From Nitrospirota bacterium (GTDB lineage: Bacteria; Nitrospirota; Nitrospiria; 2-01-FULL-66-17), in NCBI GenBank assembly GCA_016201825.1, contig JACQCD010000067.1, positions 1-58,630 on the forward strand: a stretch of 58,630 bases of DNA, read 5' to 3'. A model generated the notes under the pieces. That model worked only from the letters and a program-made list of their open reading frames with translations. It searched no databases and was not told where the DNA came from. Positions 48,148 to 58,420 of the stretch are shown here, in pieces. Position 1 is the first letter of the stretch. Each line of letters begins with the position of its first letter. The position numbers were made by a program, and so were the translations under genes.

Positions 48148-50752
48148 GGTAAAAGTGGGGAGCCTGCTCTTTGGGTTTTAGGCTCTCTTCAACATGAATG
48201 GGAAAGGCGACGTCGAACCGAGTGACCACGGGATACAGGCCGAGAAAGTCGTGGGTCAGCCGCAGTCCAACCCCCACGTCGGTTCGGTAACGGCTGTATG
48301 AGGACACCGTCCCGATGTCCGCAAAGGCGGCTGCTTGGAGCCGCCGGAGGACGGTGATGCCCCCCAGATTGGTTTCGAGCTCGCGAATGAGCGGATAGCG
48401 GTATTCCAGCGACCCCAGAACGATAGACTCCCCGGACAGGTTCGTCGGGGAATACCCGCGCATCCCTCCGCTGCCTCCCAGATCGTATCGACGTTCCTCA
48501 TGCAATCCCCCCAATGATTGGCCCACCACGGCGCGACCCGCGACCTCGTGAAGCGTTGCGACCGGCCACTGTCGATGAATGTCAAGACGGAGCTTGATGG
48601 CGTGAGGATGGGGGCTGCCGACCACTTTCTGAGCGAGATCGGTCGTAAATGTCGAATACGGGATGTTCCCGAAGACCAGCCGCTGGATGTCGGCTGAATA
48701 GATCAGGGGGGTTTTGGCGTTGGAAACGGTGTGTGTGAGGTGAAGAGCTGTGAACGGTGCGGTCGACGCACTGGTGGCCAGCGGGATATTCTGCTTGCTA
48801 TAGGAGACGGCCAAGCTGAGCGACTGACGCGTTAAGTAGGACAGGATGTCGCTGTCATAGCTGTGGCCGAATCCGGCTGTCGCGGCCGTTGATGTGTCGC
48901 TTTTGGAGTAACTGAAACGCAGAATATTGTCTTCATCGTACAGACGCTGGAAATACGCGCTGAAATCGTAACTCAAGTTCTTTGTTTGGAGATCGTAACT
49001 AAAACCGGGGAAATTCTCCAAGATGAATTTGATGGCGGGCGGTTGCCGGTCGTTGAATCGCTGAGGATCGCTGGTTTTATGATCGGGGTCGAGGTGCACG
49101 ACCGTGACCGGTGACGGCGTGACGAAGGTCTCCTGGTACGAAGGTTCGTAGGAGAGCCAGGTGGTGGTCAGCGGTGGGCCCCTGCGCTGGCGGAGCCGAA
49201 TGGCCACCGGCTCGATCCCTTCGCCGGTCCTGGTGATGGCGAGCGTGGTGTGATAGCCGTCGGGTCTGCGTTCCTCCGTCACGGAAGCGATGGCGTAGTC
49301 GGTCGAGGGATTGACCGACAGCCATTGCCGATAGAACCATTCAAGGTCGCGATTGGTGGTCTCTTGAGCGACCTCGCGAAACGGTCTCGGCGTGTGTTGC
49401 GTCACCAGCTCTACGTAATCGTGCAAGAGGTTGTCAATCGTCGGCTGTCCCAAGAGGGCCGTCAGCTTGAAGAGCATCGTCGAGCCGTCGGGGCGCCGGT
49501 TGTTGAAGAGCGCGATATCTTCTCGTGGAATGATGGGGGTGGCCTCTTTGAAGTAGACCTGTCGGAGTGGGAGTTTCTTGGAATAGAGGATCTGGTCCAC
49601 GAGTGGATAAAACGAGAACGGTTTGAGCAGCCGCAGCAGATTGGGGGGATGTCGATAGCGATCTTTCATGTACAGTTGCGAGCCGGCTTCGGCAAGTCCT
49701 TCCAGGACCCATGCCTCCTCGTCAGGGAGCCGGGCTCGCCACAGCGCAAAGAGCAGACTCTTGATGAGTTCCGCCTCGTGGTATTTCTGCAACGGCCAGA
49801 AGACCTGAAACAGTCGGGTGCTGACCAGGCTGACGCCTTCGTGAGGCGACACGAGATTCTGATGTAAGTAGGCTGCGGCAAGCACCACCTCGGGGATCGG
49901 GGCGTTTCCGTATTCCCGGCGGTAAAACGCGAGCCCGTGGCGCAGCGTCTCCATGATCTTGGCCACGTATCGGCGGTCGGGGGGAAGGAAGAAATACCTG
50001 AGGCGAGTGGGGCCATCCTGTTCGACGCGCTCGAGGTACGACGGGCTGAATGCGAGCGCGACGGTGGTTGATCGCTCGGACCGATGGATCCACGTCGTTG
50101 TCTCGCTCTGGGGATCGCCCGGCTCCGCCTCCGCGCCGGCGACGGTCATGCCTCGCGGCGTGGTGATCCTCACGAGGAATTGGGCCGGATCGGGCAACAT
50201 GTCAACGGCCCACTCGCCTTCGCGGAAGGCAGGCACGTAGGGATACCATCCGCCTTGTACCACCGTCACGCCGTGAAACTGCCCGAACACGCCGAATTTC
50301 TCCGGAATCACGGTGGTGAACCCGACCCGAAGGCGGATCGATCGTTCCGGAGGCAGGGGCTGGGGCAGAAACACCCGCGCGAGCATGTGCGGTCCGGCGC
50401 CATCGACGATCCCGAACTGCAGGGCGCCGCCGTCGTCCGTTTCGACGGTCGTGAGCGTGATCGATCCTGGATTGAACTCGCGGGGGTAGATCGCTTCAGA
50501 CTGGGTCCGATCGAGGGCCGGGTCGGGTTCGCGGTAGAGATTGGGATAGAGAATCAGCAGCACATCGCCGAGCTTGTCCTCCGAATGGTTGGTGACGGTC
50601 AGCAGGATGACGCCGCTGAGCGTGTGGCTGGCTGGCGAAAACGCGACGTTCATGTCATAGCGGACATCGAGCGGCGCAGCGGTGACGGGAGCCGCTGCCC
50701 ATAGAAAAAGGGCGGCCGCGTAAGCGACCCGCCCCCACCTGGACCGTTTCAT
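48125..50752 (-). CDS. Secreted M1-aminopeptidase-like domain (no HExxH) fused to an Omp85/BamA-TamA-like C-terminal beta-barrel
   Basis: Signal peptide; WYP, WVLEGLAE, LEWFYRQWL, LDPD M1-like motifs; LGGSGGMRGY, LEYRYPL, FADIG, GVGLRL, RFDVAFP and terminal F. Confidence 0.8.
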   Translation of the reverse strand: MKRSRWGRVAYAAALFLWAAAPVTAAPLDVRYDMNVAFSPASHTLSGVILLTVTNHSEDKLGDVLLILYPNLYREPDPALDRTQSEAIYPREFNPGSITLTTVETDDGGALQFGIVDGAGPHMLARVFLPQPLPPERSIRLRVGFTTVIPEKFGVFGQFHGVTVVQGGWYPYVPAFREGEWAVDMLPDPAQFLVRITTPRGMTVAGAEAEPGDPQSETTTWIHRSERSTTVALAFSPSYLERVEQDGPTRLRYFFLPPDRRYVAKIMETLRHGLAFYRREYGNAPIPEVVLAAAYLHQNLVSPHEGVSLVSTRLFQVFWPLQKYHEAELIKSLLFALWRARLPDEEAWVLEGLAEAGSQLYMKDRYRHPPNLLRLLKPFSFYPLVDQILYSKKLPLRQVYFKEATPIIPREDIALFNNRRPDGSTMLFKLTALLGQPTIDNLLHDYVELVTQHTPRPFREVAQETTNRDLEWFYRQWLSVNPSTDYAIASVTEERRPDGYHTTLAITRTGEGIEPVAIRLRQRRGPPLTTTWLSYEPSYQETFVTPSPVTVVHLDPDHKTSDPQRFNDRQPPAIKFILENFPGFSYDLQTKNLSYDFSAYFQRLYDEDNILRFSYSKSDTSTAATAGFGHSYDSDILSYLTRQSLSLAVSYSKQNIPLATSASTAPFTALHLTHTVSNAKTPLIYSADIQRLVFGNIPYSTFTTDLAQKVVGSPHPHAIKLRLDIHRQWPVATLHEVAGRAVVGQSLGGLHEERRYDLGGSGGMRGYSPTNLSGESIVLGSLEYRYPLIRELETNLGGITVLRRLQAAAFADIGTVSSYSRYRTDVGVGLRLTHDFLGLYPVVTRFDVAFPIHVEESLKPKEQAPHFYLTAGQPF

Positions 50753-50841
50753 GGCGAAAGTATACCAGCAAGTGGTGGGGGCGGTCGATGCGTGCGGAAG
50801 GCACCTTGCGCGGCGCCGACGCCTTCTGCTAGAGTGGGCCC

Positions 50842-52065
50842 ATGGAGCCTATCGTGACGGCGTTTGGAGCGGGAGCCTCGGTGGAGGCGGACACCGTGTT
50901 GGCGGCGAAAGACGCATGCAGCCAGGCGGCGAAAGACTGCACGGGACCGGTTGATTTGGCGGTGGTCTTTGTGTCGCCCCACCATGCCGAGCACCTGGAC
51001 GAGGTCGCCGTCGTTGTGAACGAATGCTTTGCACCCCGTGTTTTGCTGGGATGCACCGGTGAGGGCATTATCGGGGGGGACCAGGAGATCGAACGACAGC
51101 CCGCGGTGACGGTCTGGGTCGCTCGGATGCCAGGGGTGGCCCTCACCCCGTTCCACGTGTCGTTCCACCAGACGGCGGATGGGCTGAGGGTGGAAGGGTG
51201 GCCGGACCAGATGTCCGCTGAGCCGACACCGGTGTTCGTGCTCCTGGCTGAGCCGTTTTCCACTCCGGGCACGGAATTTCTGTCGTTTCTCGAACAACGC
51301 GTTCCCGGAGCGCTCGCCGTGGGTGGTATGGCGAGTGGCGGACGCGGTCCGGGCCAAAATCGGCTGTTGCTCGACGGGGTCGTCGTTGAAGAGGGTGTCG
51401 TGGGCGTCGCGTTGACCGGGGATGTGCGGGTGGTCACCGTCGTGTCGCAGGGATGTCGGCCCATCGGGGAGCGGTTTCTGATCACGAAAGCGGAGGAGAA
51501 CATCATTTATGAGCTGGGCGGCCGCCCGGCGTTCACGTGCCTGCAGGAGATGTATGCGGCGTTGTCGCCCGAGGAGCAGGAGATGGCGCGGCGAGGACTC
51601 CACCTGGGGGTGACGATCAACGAGGCCCAAGCCGAGTTTGACCGGGGCGATTTCTTGGTGCGAGGGTTGGTAGGAGTCGATCAAAACGAGGGAAGCCTCG
51701 CAATCGGCGACCTGGTGAACGAGGGGCAGACGGTTCAGTTTCACCTGCGCGATCGCGAAACGGCCAGCGAAGATTTTCGTTGCTTGCTCGAGACGCAGAA
51801 GCTGCAGTTGGCGGGTGCGCGGCCGGAAGCGGCGCTGTTGTTTAGCTGCAATGGACGGGGGCGCCGGCTCTTCGGTCGGCCGCATCATGATGTGACCGCC
51901 GTGCGCGCGCATTTCGGGGAGCTTCCGGTTTCGGGGTTTTTCGCCCAAGGGGAGATCGGACCGGTGGGAGGAGAGAACTTCCTCCACGGCTTCACGGCGA
52001 GCGTGGCCATCTTTTGCCGTCCCCTCGACCGCTCGAGCGCGGCGGGGAATCGGAATGTCCCGTGA
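50842..52065 (+). CDS. FIST N/C domain signal transduction protein
   Basis: GCTGEGIIG, GGMASG, VSQGCRPIG, FSCNGRG, GFFAQGEIGP, LHGFT. Confidence 0.92.
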   Translation: MEPIVTAFGAGASVEADTVLAAKDACSQAAKDCTGPVDLAVVFVSPHHAEHLDEVAVVVNECFAPRVLLGCTGEGIIGGDQEIERQPAVTVWVARMPGVALTPFHVSFHQTADGLRVEGWPDQMSAEPTPVFVLLAEPFSTPGTEFLSFLEQRVPGALAVGGMASGGRGPGQNRLLLDGVVVEEGVVGVALTGDVRVVTVVSQGCRPIGERFLITKAEENIIYELGGRPAFTCLQEMYAALSPEEQEMARRGLHLGVTINEAQAEFDRGDFLVRGLVGVDQNEGSLAIGDLVNEGQTVQFHLRDRETASEDFRCLLETQKLQLAGARPEAALLFSCNGRGRRLFGRPHHDVTAVRAHFGELPVSGFFAQGEIGPVGGENFLHGFTASVAIFCRPLDRSSAAGNRNVP

Positions 52066-52550
52066 GGCCCTGGCGACCTCCTGAACGTGGGAGAGGGCCG
52101 GCCCCATCGGGCCCTCGCCCACCGCGCCAGGGCGCCGGGAAGCGGCGCCCGCCCGATGCCGCCGGCGGCCGCAGCGGCCCGCGGTCGGCGCTGACGAAGT
52201 CCATCGATGCCTTTGAACTGTTCTGCGCGTATCACCTGGGGATCGGGCCGGACAAACGCTACGCGCACGCCAACATCCACGATGTCGCCCGGCGGTTCGG
52301 GGCGGACGCTGGAGTGATCCGGCAAGCGCTTCAGGAGCATGGGATGGACCCCGAAGCGATGATGAACCGGGATTTCGATCTCGCGATGGCGCAACTCGAC
52401 ATCCAGGTGGCGCCGGAAGGCATCGACCGGGTCGAATTGGCCAAAGATCTGTATGCGCAGTTCCGGTCCGCGGCCCACAAGCCGCGTGATTGGCGCCGCC
52501 TGTTGGCGGAAGACGAGCGGGAAAACGCCAAAACGTTCGGCCGCCGATGA
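52062..52550 (+). CDS. Hypothetical protein with disordered N-terminus and helical domain
   Basis: GTGA overlap with the FIST gene; ordered segment FELFCAYHLGI...NIHDVARRFG...RDW. Confidence 0.75.
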   Translation: MRPWRPPERGRGPAPSGPRPPRQGAGKRRPPDAAGGRSGPRSALTKSIDAFELFCAYHLGIGPDKRYAHANIHDVARRFGADAGVIRQALQEHGMDPEAMMNRDFDLAMAQLDIQVAPEGIDRVELAKDLYAQFRSAAHKPRDWRRLLAEDERENAKTFGRR

Positions 52551-52789
52551 CGAGGGAGGGACAATCTGACGTGAAGCCGAGTCGAACCGGTCGGCGCAGT
52601 TCCAAAGCTCCGGCCGCTCAGAAACCGCCCGCGGGGCGCAACCCCTCTTCGAAGCCCGGTCCCGCACTGGTCCAGCACCGGACCGGGTTTGTCCCGTCGC
52701 TGACCGGCGGGAAGACGACGATGGCGTCTCGCGCGCCTCGCGGCTCCCGCAGCCCCAAAACGCCGAAAGCCGGTCACGCCAAGCGATAG
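52547..52789 (+). CDS. Possible small basic disordered protein
   Basis: ATGA overlap at 52547, or GTG 52571 after GGGAGGG; K/R/P/S-rich; fills the gap to the convergent M32 gene. Confidence 0.4.
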   Translation: MTREGQSDVKPSRTGRRSSKAPAAQKPPAGRNPSSKPGPALVQHRTGFVPSLTGGKTTMASRAPRGSRSPKTPKAGHAKR

Positions 52790-54297
52790 ATCGCGCCAAA
52801 TTTCCCTTCCAGATAGGTCATGAAATGCTCCGGGTTGAGCGGCTCCCCGGTGATCCGTCGGAGCAGGGCATCCGAAGAGTGCGTTCGGCCCCAGCGGTGA
52901 ATGCGGTCGCGCAGCCAGCTCACCAGCGGGTCGAGCCGGCCTCCCTCGATGAGGGTGGGAAGATCGGCGAGGTCGCGCTGAGCCTGCTGCCAGAACTGCG
53001 CGGCGTAGAGATTGCCGAGGGTGTAGGTGGGGAAGTATCCGAACGCCCCGTGCGCCCAATGGATGTCTTGAAGCACTCCTTCGCCGTCGTCCCGCGGCGT
53101 GACGCCCAGCGTTCCGTGCATGGCCTCGTTCCACGCTTGAGGTAAATCCGCCGGACTGAGCTGCCCCGCGATGAGCTGCTGTTCGAGCTCATACCGGACA
53201 ATGATGTGAAAATTGTAGGTCAACTCGTCCGCCTCCACCCGGATCAGCGAGGGCTTGACGGTGTTGATCGCGGCGTGGAACTCCTCCAGCGAGACGCGGG
53301 CCAGCGGCCCGGGGAAGGCTTGGCGCAACAGGGGGTAGAAATGTCGCCACAATTCGATCGATCGCCCCACGCAATTTTCCCAGAGTCGAGATTGGCTCTC
53401 GTGCATCCCGAGCGAGACGGCCTCGCCCAGCGGCGTCCCGTAGTAGGCGGGGTCGAGGCCCTGGTCGTAGAGGCCGTGGCCTCCTTCGTGCAAACAACTA
53501 AAGAGCGACGACGTGACGTCCTCCGCCGAGACCCGGGTCGTGACCCGCACGTCGGTCGGGTGGAAGCCGGTGGTGAACGGATGCGCCGACTGGTCGAGCC
53601 GGCCGTGGTCGAAACGGTATCCCATCGCGGAGAGTAGGAGCGACCCGAAGGCCAGTTGGCGCTGCGCGTCATAGGGGCCGGCGGGGAGCGGGGCGGGACG
53701 GACGGGCGAGTCCATGATCCGAGCCAAGAGGGCCGAGAGCGCGGTCTTCAGCTCCGCGAAGAGCGGGGTGAGACGGGATGCGGTCATCCCGGGCTCGAAG
53801 GCGTCCACCAGCGCGTCGTAGGCCGTTTCGGAATACCCCAGGTACGCCGCCTCCTCGCGTTTGAGCGTGACGATCGCGGTCAGGTGGGGAAGGAAGAGCG
53901 CGTAATCCCGTTTCTCCCGCGCGCCCAGCCAGGCCTCGTGCGCGAGCGCGCAGGTTCTCTCCAGATGCGAGACGAACGGCGTGGGCAGCCGCTTCGCGCG
54001 ACGGTAGTCCCGCAGGACCTCGCGGAGCACTGCGCGTGCAGGCGCGTCGGCCTCCGGGTCGAGTATCGTTCCGTTGTCGACGTCGATCCAACGCCAGAGC
54101 AGCTCCTCCATCTCAGGAGCGGTGAACCGTTCGTGTGCCAACCCCTGGACGGTGGCAAGGACCTCGGCCCGCGCGCCGCTCCCGCCGCGCGGCATGTACG
54201 TCTCCTGATCCCACGAGAGGACCGACGAGGCGCTCTGCAGATGCGCGATCTGGGTCAAATAGGCGGTCAGCGGGTGGAGGTCAGCGAGCGTGAGCAC
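52774..54297 (-). CDS. Carboxypeptidase Taq family (M32)
   Basis: HPF, DVRVTTR, HEGGH, HESQS, IRVEADE, LQDIHW, GYFPTYTLG. Confidence 0.96.
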   Translation of the reverse strand: MLTLADLHPLTAYLTQIAHLQSASSVLSWDQETYMPRGGSGARAEVLATVQGLAHERFTAPEMEELLWRWIDVDNGTILDPEADAPARAVLREVLRDYRRAKRLPTPFVSHLERTCALAHEAWLGAREKRDYALFLPHLTAIVTLKREEAAYLGYSETAYDALVDAFEPGMTASRLTPLFAELKTALSALLARIMDSPVRPAPLPAGPYDAQRQLAFGSLLLSAMGYRFDHGRLDQSAHPFTTGFHPTDVRVTTRVSAEDVTSSLFSCLHEGGHGLYDQGLDPAYYGTPLGEAVSLGMHESQSRLWENCVGRSIELWRHFYPLLRQAFPGPLARVSLEEFHAAINTVKPSLIRVEADELTYNFHIIVRYELEQQLIAGQLSPADLPQAWNEAMHGTLGVTPRDDGEGVLQDIHWAHGAFGYFPTYTLGNLYAAQFWQQAQRDLADLPTLIEGGRLDPLVSWLRDRIHRWGRTHSSDALLRRITGEPLNPEHFMTYLEGKFGAIYRLA

Positions 54298-54316
54298 GGG
54301 GGTCTCCTTCGGGGTC

Positions 54317-55000
54317 TCAGCGTGGAGCCGGTTTCACGAGCAGCGGGCGGAGCACCGGCCAGATCCGCTCAACGACGATTCCGTACCCTTCCGATGTGGG
54401 GTGGAGGCCGTCGGCCTGGGTGAGGCCGGCCACGCCGGCGACTCCCTCGAGGAAAAAGGGGATCAAGGGCGTGTGGTACCGGCGGGCGAGATCGGGAAAG
54501 ACGGAGGCAAACGCGTGGCCGTACTCGGGCCCGTAATTGGGCGGCACACGCATTCCCGCCAACACGACGGTCACTCCCGCGGCCTGAAACCGTTCGATGA
54601 TCCGCGCGAGGTTGGCTCGGGTCATCGTGGGCGAGAGCCCCCGCAGGCCGTCGTTCGCGCCGAGTTCCACGATCGCGATGTCGGGCCGGCTCTGCAGCGC
54701 CCAGTCCACCCGGCGCAAGCCCCCGGCGGTCGTCTCGCCGCTGACCCCCGCGTTGATCACCCGATACGCGTACTCGTCCTTGCGCAGGCGCCGCTCCAAG
54801 CGGGCCGGGTAGGCCTCATCGACCGGTACCCCCAATCCCGCGGTCAGACTGTCACCAAAGGCGAGGATCGTGTTCATGACGGGCGGGGCGTCGGCGGCAA
54901 ACACGAACGGAGGGAAGAGGGCCACCGCGCAGGATACCGCTACCGCGCACCACGCGACGGCGACGTGGCTCGCCTGAGGCCCAACCGGCTCGGCTCGCAC
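54317..55000 (-). CDS. tesA: SGNH/GDSL arylesterase, TesA-like
   Basis: FGDSLTAG, NAGVSGETT, ELGANDGLRG, DGLHP; divergent from ybbA. Start uncertain. Confidence 0.88.
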   Translation of the reverse strand: MRAEPVGPQASHVAVAWCAVAVSCAVALFPPFVFAADAPPVMNTILAFGDSLTAGLGVPVDEAYPARLERRLRKDEYAYRVINAGVSGETTAGGLRRVDWALQSRPDIAIVELGANDGLRGLSPTMTRANLARIIERFQAAGVTVVLAGMRVPPNYGPEYGHAFASVFPDLARRYHTPLIPFFLEGVAGVAGLTQADGLHPTSEGYGIVVERIWPVLRPLLVKPAPR

Positions 55001-55055
55001 GGGGTTCAGTGTATAATGAGAACCCCATGAACCGCAACGGTCCTCGAACAAGGGG

Positions 55056-55739
55056 ATGATCGCGCTCCGGCACGTCGTCATGCGTCTAACGGCCGGGGGG
55101 CGTTCGATCACCATTCTCGACGATCTCACTCTCGAGATTCCCTCCAAGCAGTTTGTCGCGGTCGTCGGTCCCTCGGGAAGCGGGAAGTCCACCCTGCTCG
55201 CCCTGATCGCGGGGCTGGACGCGCCGACCGCCGGGACGATCGCGCTCGACGGCGTGGACCTCGGCGGCCTGGATGAAGATGCGCTCGCCGGGTTGCGGCT
55301 GGAGAAGATCGGGGTCGTCTTCCAGGCGTTTCACTTGATTCCCACGCTGACCGCGCTCGAAAACGTCGCCGTGCCGCTGGAGTTGGCCGGCGATCCGGAT
55401 CCCCTCGGTCGGGCGCGCGAGTTGCTGGACGAGGTGGACCTCGCCGCACGAGCGGATCATTATCCCGTCCAGCTTTCCGGCGGTGAGCAGCAGCGGGTCG
55501 CCCTGGCGAGGGCCTGCGCGAGGCGGCCCCCGCTGCTGCTGGCTGACGAACCCACCGGCAATCTTGACGCCGCGACCGGCGCCCACGTGATGGCGCTCTT
55601 GCGTCGGATGCACCGGGACTACGGCAGCACCCTGGTGCTGGTGACCCACGACGCGGGGCTCGCCGCATCGGCCGACCGCATCGTGACGCTGCGCGACGGG
55701 CACATCGTGTCCGATACCGGCGGGACCGGAGACGGGTGA
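55056..55739 (+). CDS. ybbA: ABC transporter ATP-binding protein, YbbA-like
   Basis: [29 protein letters not shown]. Confidence 0.88.
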   Translation: MIALRHVVMRLTAGGRSITILDDLTLEIPSKQFVAVVGPSGSGKSTLLALIAGLDAPTAGTIALDGVDLGGLDEDALAGLRLEKIGVVFQAFHLIPTLTALENVAVPLELAGDPDPLGRARELLDEVDLAARADHYPVQLSGGEQQRVALARACARRPPLLLADEPTGNLDAATGAHVMALLRRMHRDYGSTLVLVTHDAGLAASADRIVTLRDGHIVSDTGGTGDG

Positions 55740-58264
55740 TGCCGCGTCGCCGCCGATCGCCGTTTGCGCTGCGGATGGCGATCCGGGATCTCGGCGCCGG
55801 CTCACGCCATTTCGTGGCGGTGCTCGCCGCGATCGGCCTGGGAGTGGGCGCGGTGGTCGCCGTGGGCACGACGGCCGACGCGGTCCGTCGGACGGTCGCG
55901 CGCGAGGCACGCAGTCTCCTGGCGGCGGACGTCGAGATCAAAGCGTCGCGGGCATTGTCCGATCGCGCCGCCTCGGTCGTCGATGCGCTTCCAACCCGCG
56001 GCGTCGCCCTGACCCGCGTGACGGAGTTGATCGCAATGGCGGCGTCGCCGCAAGCATCGCTCTTGGTCGAGCTCAAGGCGGTGGAGGACGGGTACCCCTT
56101 TTATGGCCGTCTTGAGACGGAGCCGGTGGATGCTTTGTCCGGTCTGCCGACGGGGCCGACGTATGGTGCCGTGGTCCAAGACGCGTTCCTCATCCGCACC
56201 GGTCTTCGGCCGGGCGATCGATTCACGATCGGGCGCGCCGAGTTCGTCGCGGCCGCGGTCTTGCGCGGTGAGCCGGATCGGGCAGCCGGGGCCTTCAGCC
56301 TCGGTCCCCGCGTACTCATTGCGCGGAGCGCATTGGATGCCACCGGGCTCATCCAGCCGGGGAGCCGCGTCCGGTATCGGGTGTTGCTGCGCGTTCCCGA
56401 GGGGATGGGCGCCGAAGCGCTCCGCGACGAGCTGCGGACGGCGCTCGCCGACGAGCCGGTCGAGATCACCGCGTACCCCGACGCGCAGCCTCAACTGAGG
56501 CGGTCGCTCGATCGGCTCGCGACGTATCTGGGCCTCGTGGGGCTGACGGCGCTCCTGATCGGCGGCGTGGGGGTGGCGGGAAGCATCCGGGCCCACCTCG
56601 CCGAGCACTGGCAGACGATCGCCTTGCTCAAGTGCCTGGGCGCGCGCTCGGCCGTGATCCTGCGCGTCTATCTCTTGGAAACGATCGCGCTCGGTCTCGG
56701 TGGAAGCTTCCTCGGCGTGCTCGTCGGGACCGGGAGCCACCTTGTCCTGCGCGGCGTGGCCGCGTCAGTGGTGGGGCTCGATCTGGGCGGCGTTCCCAGC
56801 CCGTGGCCTGTTGTGCGGGGGCTGGCGATCGGGGTGACGGCGGCGCTGTTGTTCGCGCTCTGGCCGCTGCTCCAGGTGGCACGGCAGTCTCCCGCGTCGA
56901 TCTTCCGGCGCGAGGTCGCGCCCTCACGCACCACCTCCCGCGCCTCGTGGACGGTGGCCGTCGTGTTGGGCTTGGGGTTGAGCGCGCTGGCGTGGTGGCA
57001 AGCCGGAGCGTGGAGGATGGCCGCGCTCTTTGCGGGCGCGGTGGTCGCGGCCGTGACGCTGCTGGGCGGCGCGGCCTGGGCGGTCGCGCGCGTGGCGCGC
57101 GCGGTACCTCGCCCACGCCGTTTGGCGTGGCGTCGCGGCGTCGCGAGTCTGTACCGACCGGGGGCGCGGACGACGGCGATCGTGGTCTCGCTCGGGGTGG
57201 GGGTGATGGTGGTGCTCGGGGTGACGCTGGTGGAGCACGCCGTGCGCGCCGAACTCGTCGGCCAACTCCCCGTCGATGCGCCGAGCGTGTTCTTCATCGA
57301 CATTCAACCGGACCAGCGGGACGCGTTCGCGTCGCTGCTGGCGTCCCGGTCCGTCACGGTGGAGCTGACGCCGATCGTGAGGTCGCGGCTGGCGTCCCTC
57401 AACGGCGCGTCGATCGGGTCAGAGGGGCCGCCCGGCACCAAGCCGGAAGACCGCTGGTATTTCACGCGAGAATACGTGCTGACGTTCCGCGACGATCTTC
57501 CCCGCGACAACACGGTGGTGGCGGGGACGTGGTGGGATCAGGCCCCCCACGAGACGAGTGTGTCGGTCGAGCAGGAAGCGGCGCGCCACCTCGGGGTGGC
57601 CGTCGGGTCGACGATGGTCTTCGATGTCCAAGGCGTACTCGTGACGGCGCGCGTGGCGAACCTGCGCTCGGTCAATTGGAATAATCGCTCGACCAATTTC
57701 TTCGTCATCTTCGCCCCGGGGGTGATCGAAGCGGCGCCCGTGACCTACGTCGGCGCCGCGCGGACGCCCGCCGTCGACGAGATCCCGCTGCAGCAAGCCG
57801 TGGTCGCCGCGTTCCCCAACGTGACGGCCATTCAAGTTCGCGATGTCTTGGCGTCGGCGGCTCGGGTGATCGATCGCATCACGCTGGCGATTCGCGCGGT
57901 GGCGGCCTTCACCGTGCTTGCGGGCTTCGTCGTCCTCGCGGGGGCGCTGGCGGCCACGCGGGAGGCCCGCCTGCGCGAGGCGATGATGTTCAAGGCGCTC
58001 GGCGCGACACGTCGTACGATCGCGCGTGCGTTTGCGATCGAGTTCGCCGTGCTGGGCGTGGTGGCCGGTGTCGTGGGCACCGCGCTCGCCACGGCGCTCG
58101 CGTGGGCCGTGCTCCGGTTCATCATCGAGATCCCGTGGCGCTGGGACGCCGTTCCGCTCCTTGCGGCGGTTGCGCTGACCGCCGCGGCCACGGTCGCGGT
58201 CGGGGTCGCGAGCACCCACCGACTGATCGGCAGGCGCCCGTTCCCCGTTCTGCGGGGCGAGTAG
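55736..58264 (+). CDS. ybbP: FtsX-like ABC transporter permease, YbbP-like
   Basis: YPFYG, GSRVRY, FFIDIQPDQ, NFFVIF, FPNVT; two permease halves. Confidence 0.85.
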   Translation: MMPRRRRSPFALRMAIRDLGAGSRHFVAVLAAIGLGVGAVVAVGTTADAVRRTVAREARSLLAADVEIKASRALSDRAASVVDALPTRGVALTRVTELIAMAASPQASLLVELKAVEDGYPFYGRLETEPVDALSGLPTGPTYGAVVQDAFLIRTGLRPGDRFTIGRAEFVAAAVLRGEPDRAAGAFSLGPRVLIARSALDATGLIQPGSRVRYRVLLRVPEGMGAEALRDELRTALADEPVEITAYPDAQPQLRRSLDRLATYLGLVGLTALLIGGVGVAGSIRAHLAEHWQTIALLKCLGARSAVILRVYLLETIALGLGGSFLGVLVGTGSHLVLRGVAASVVGLDLGGVPSPWPVVRGLAIGVTAALLFALWPLLQVARQSPASIFRREVAPSRTTSRASWTVAVVLGLGLSALAWWQAGAWRMAALFAGAVVAAVTLLGGAAWAVARVARAVPRPRRLAWRRGVASLYRPGARTTAIVVSLGVGVMVVLGVTLVEHAVRAELVGQLPVDAPSVFFIDIQPDQRDAFASLLASRSVTVELTPIVRSRLASLNGASIGSEGPPGTKPEDRWYFTREYVLTFRDDLPRDNTVVAGTWWDQAPHETSVSVEQEAARHLGVAVGSTMVFDVQGVLVTARVANLRSVNWNNRSTNFFVIFAPGVIEAAPVTYVGAARTPAVDEIPLQQAVVAAFPNVTAIQVRDVLASAARVIDRITLAIRAVAAFTVLAGFVVLAGALAATREARLREAMMFKALGATRRTIARAFAIEFAVLGVVAGVVGTALATALAWAVLRFIIEIPWRWDAVPLLAAVALTAAATVAVGVASTHRLIGRRPFPVLRGE

Positions 58265-58420
58265 GCCCTCGTCACCCGCGGAGTTGTTCCTTGACCCTTG
58301 CACCTGCAAGGGGCTAAGCTGGGCCTCTCCGTATACCTAAGAGGGCCTGGCGCTTGTTTGAGATCCATCCCAATCCTGCAACCCGTTCAGGGTTGCGGCA
58401 CCTACGTGTACTGAGGAACA

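Noticed and set aside
50749-52605. 618-aa minus-strand ORF upstream of the Omp85 fusion
   Set aside because: Antisense to the well-supported FIST gene; Arg/Pro-rich with no motifs.
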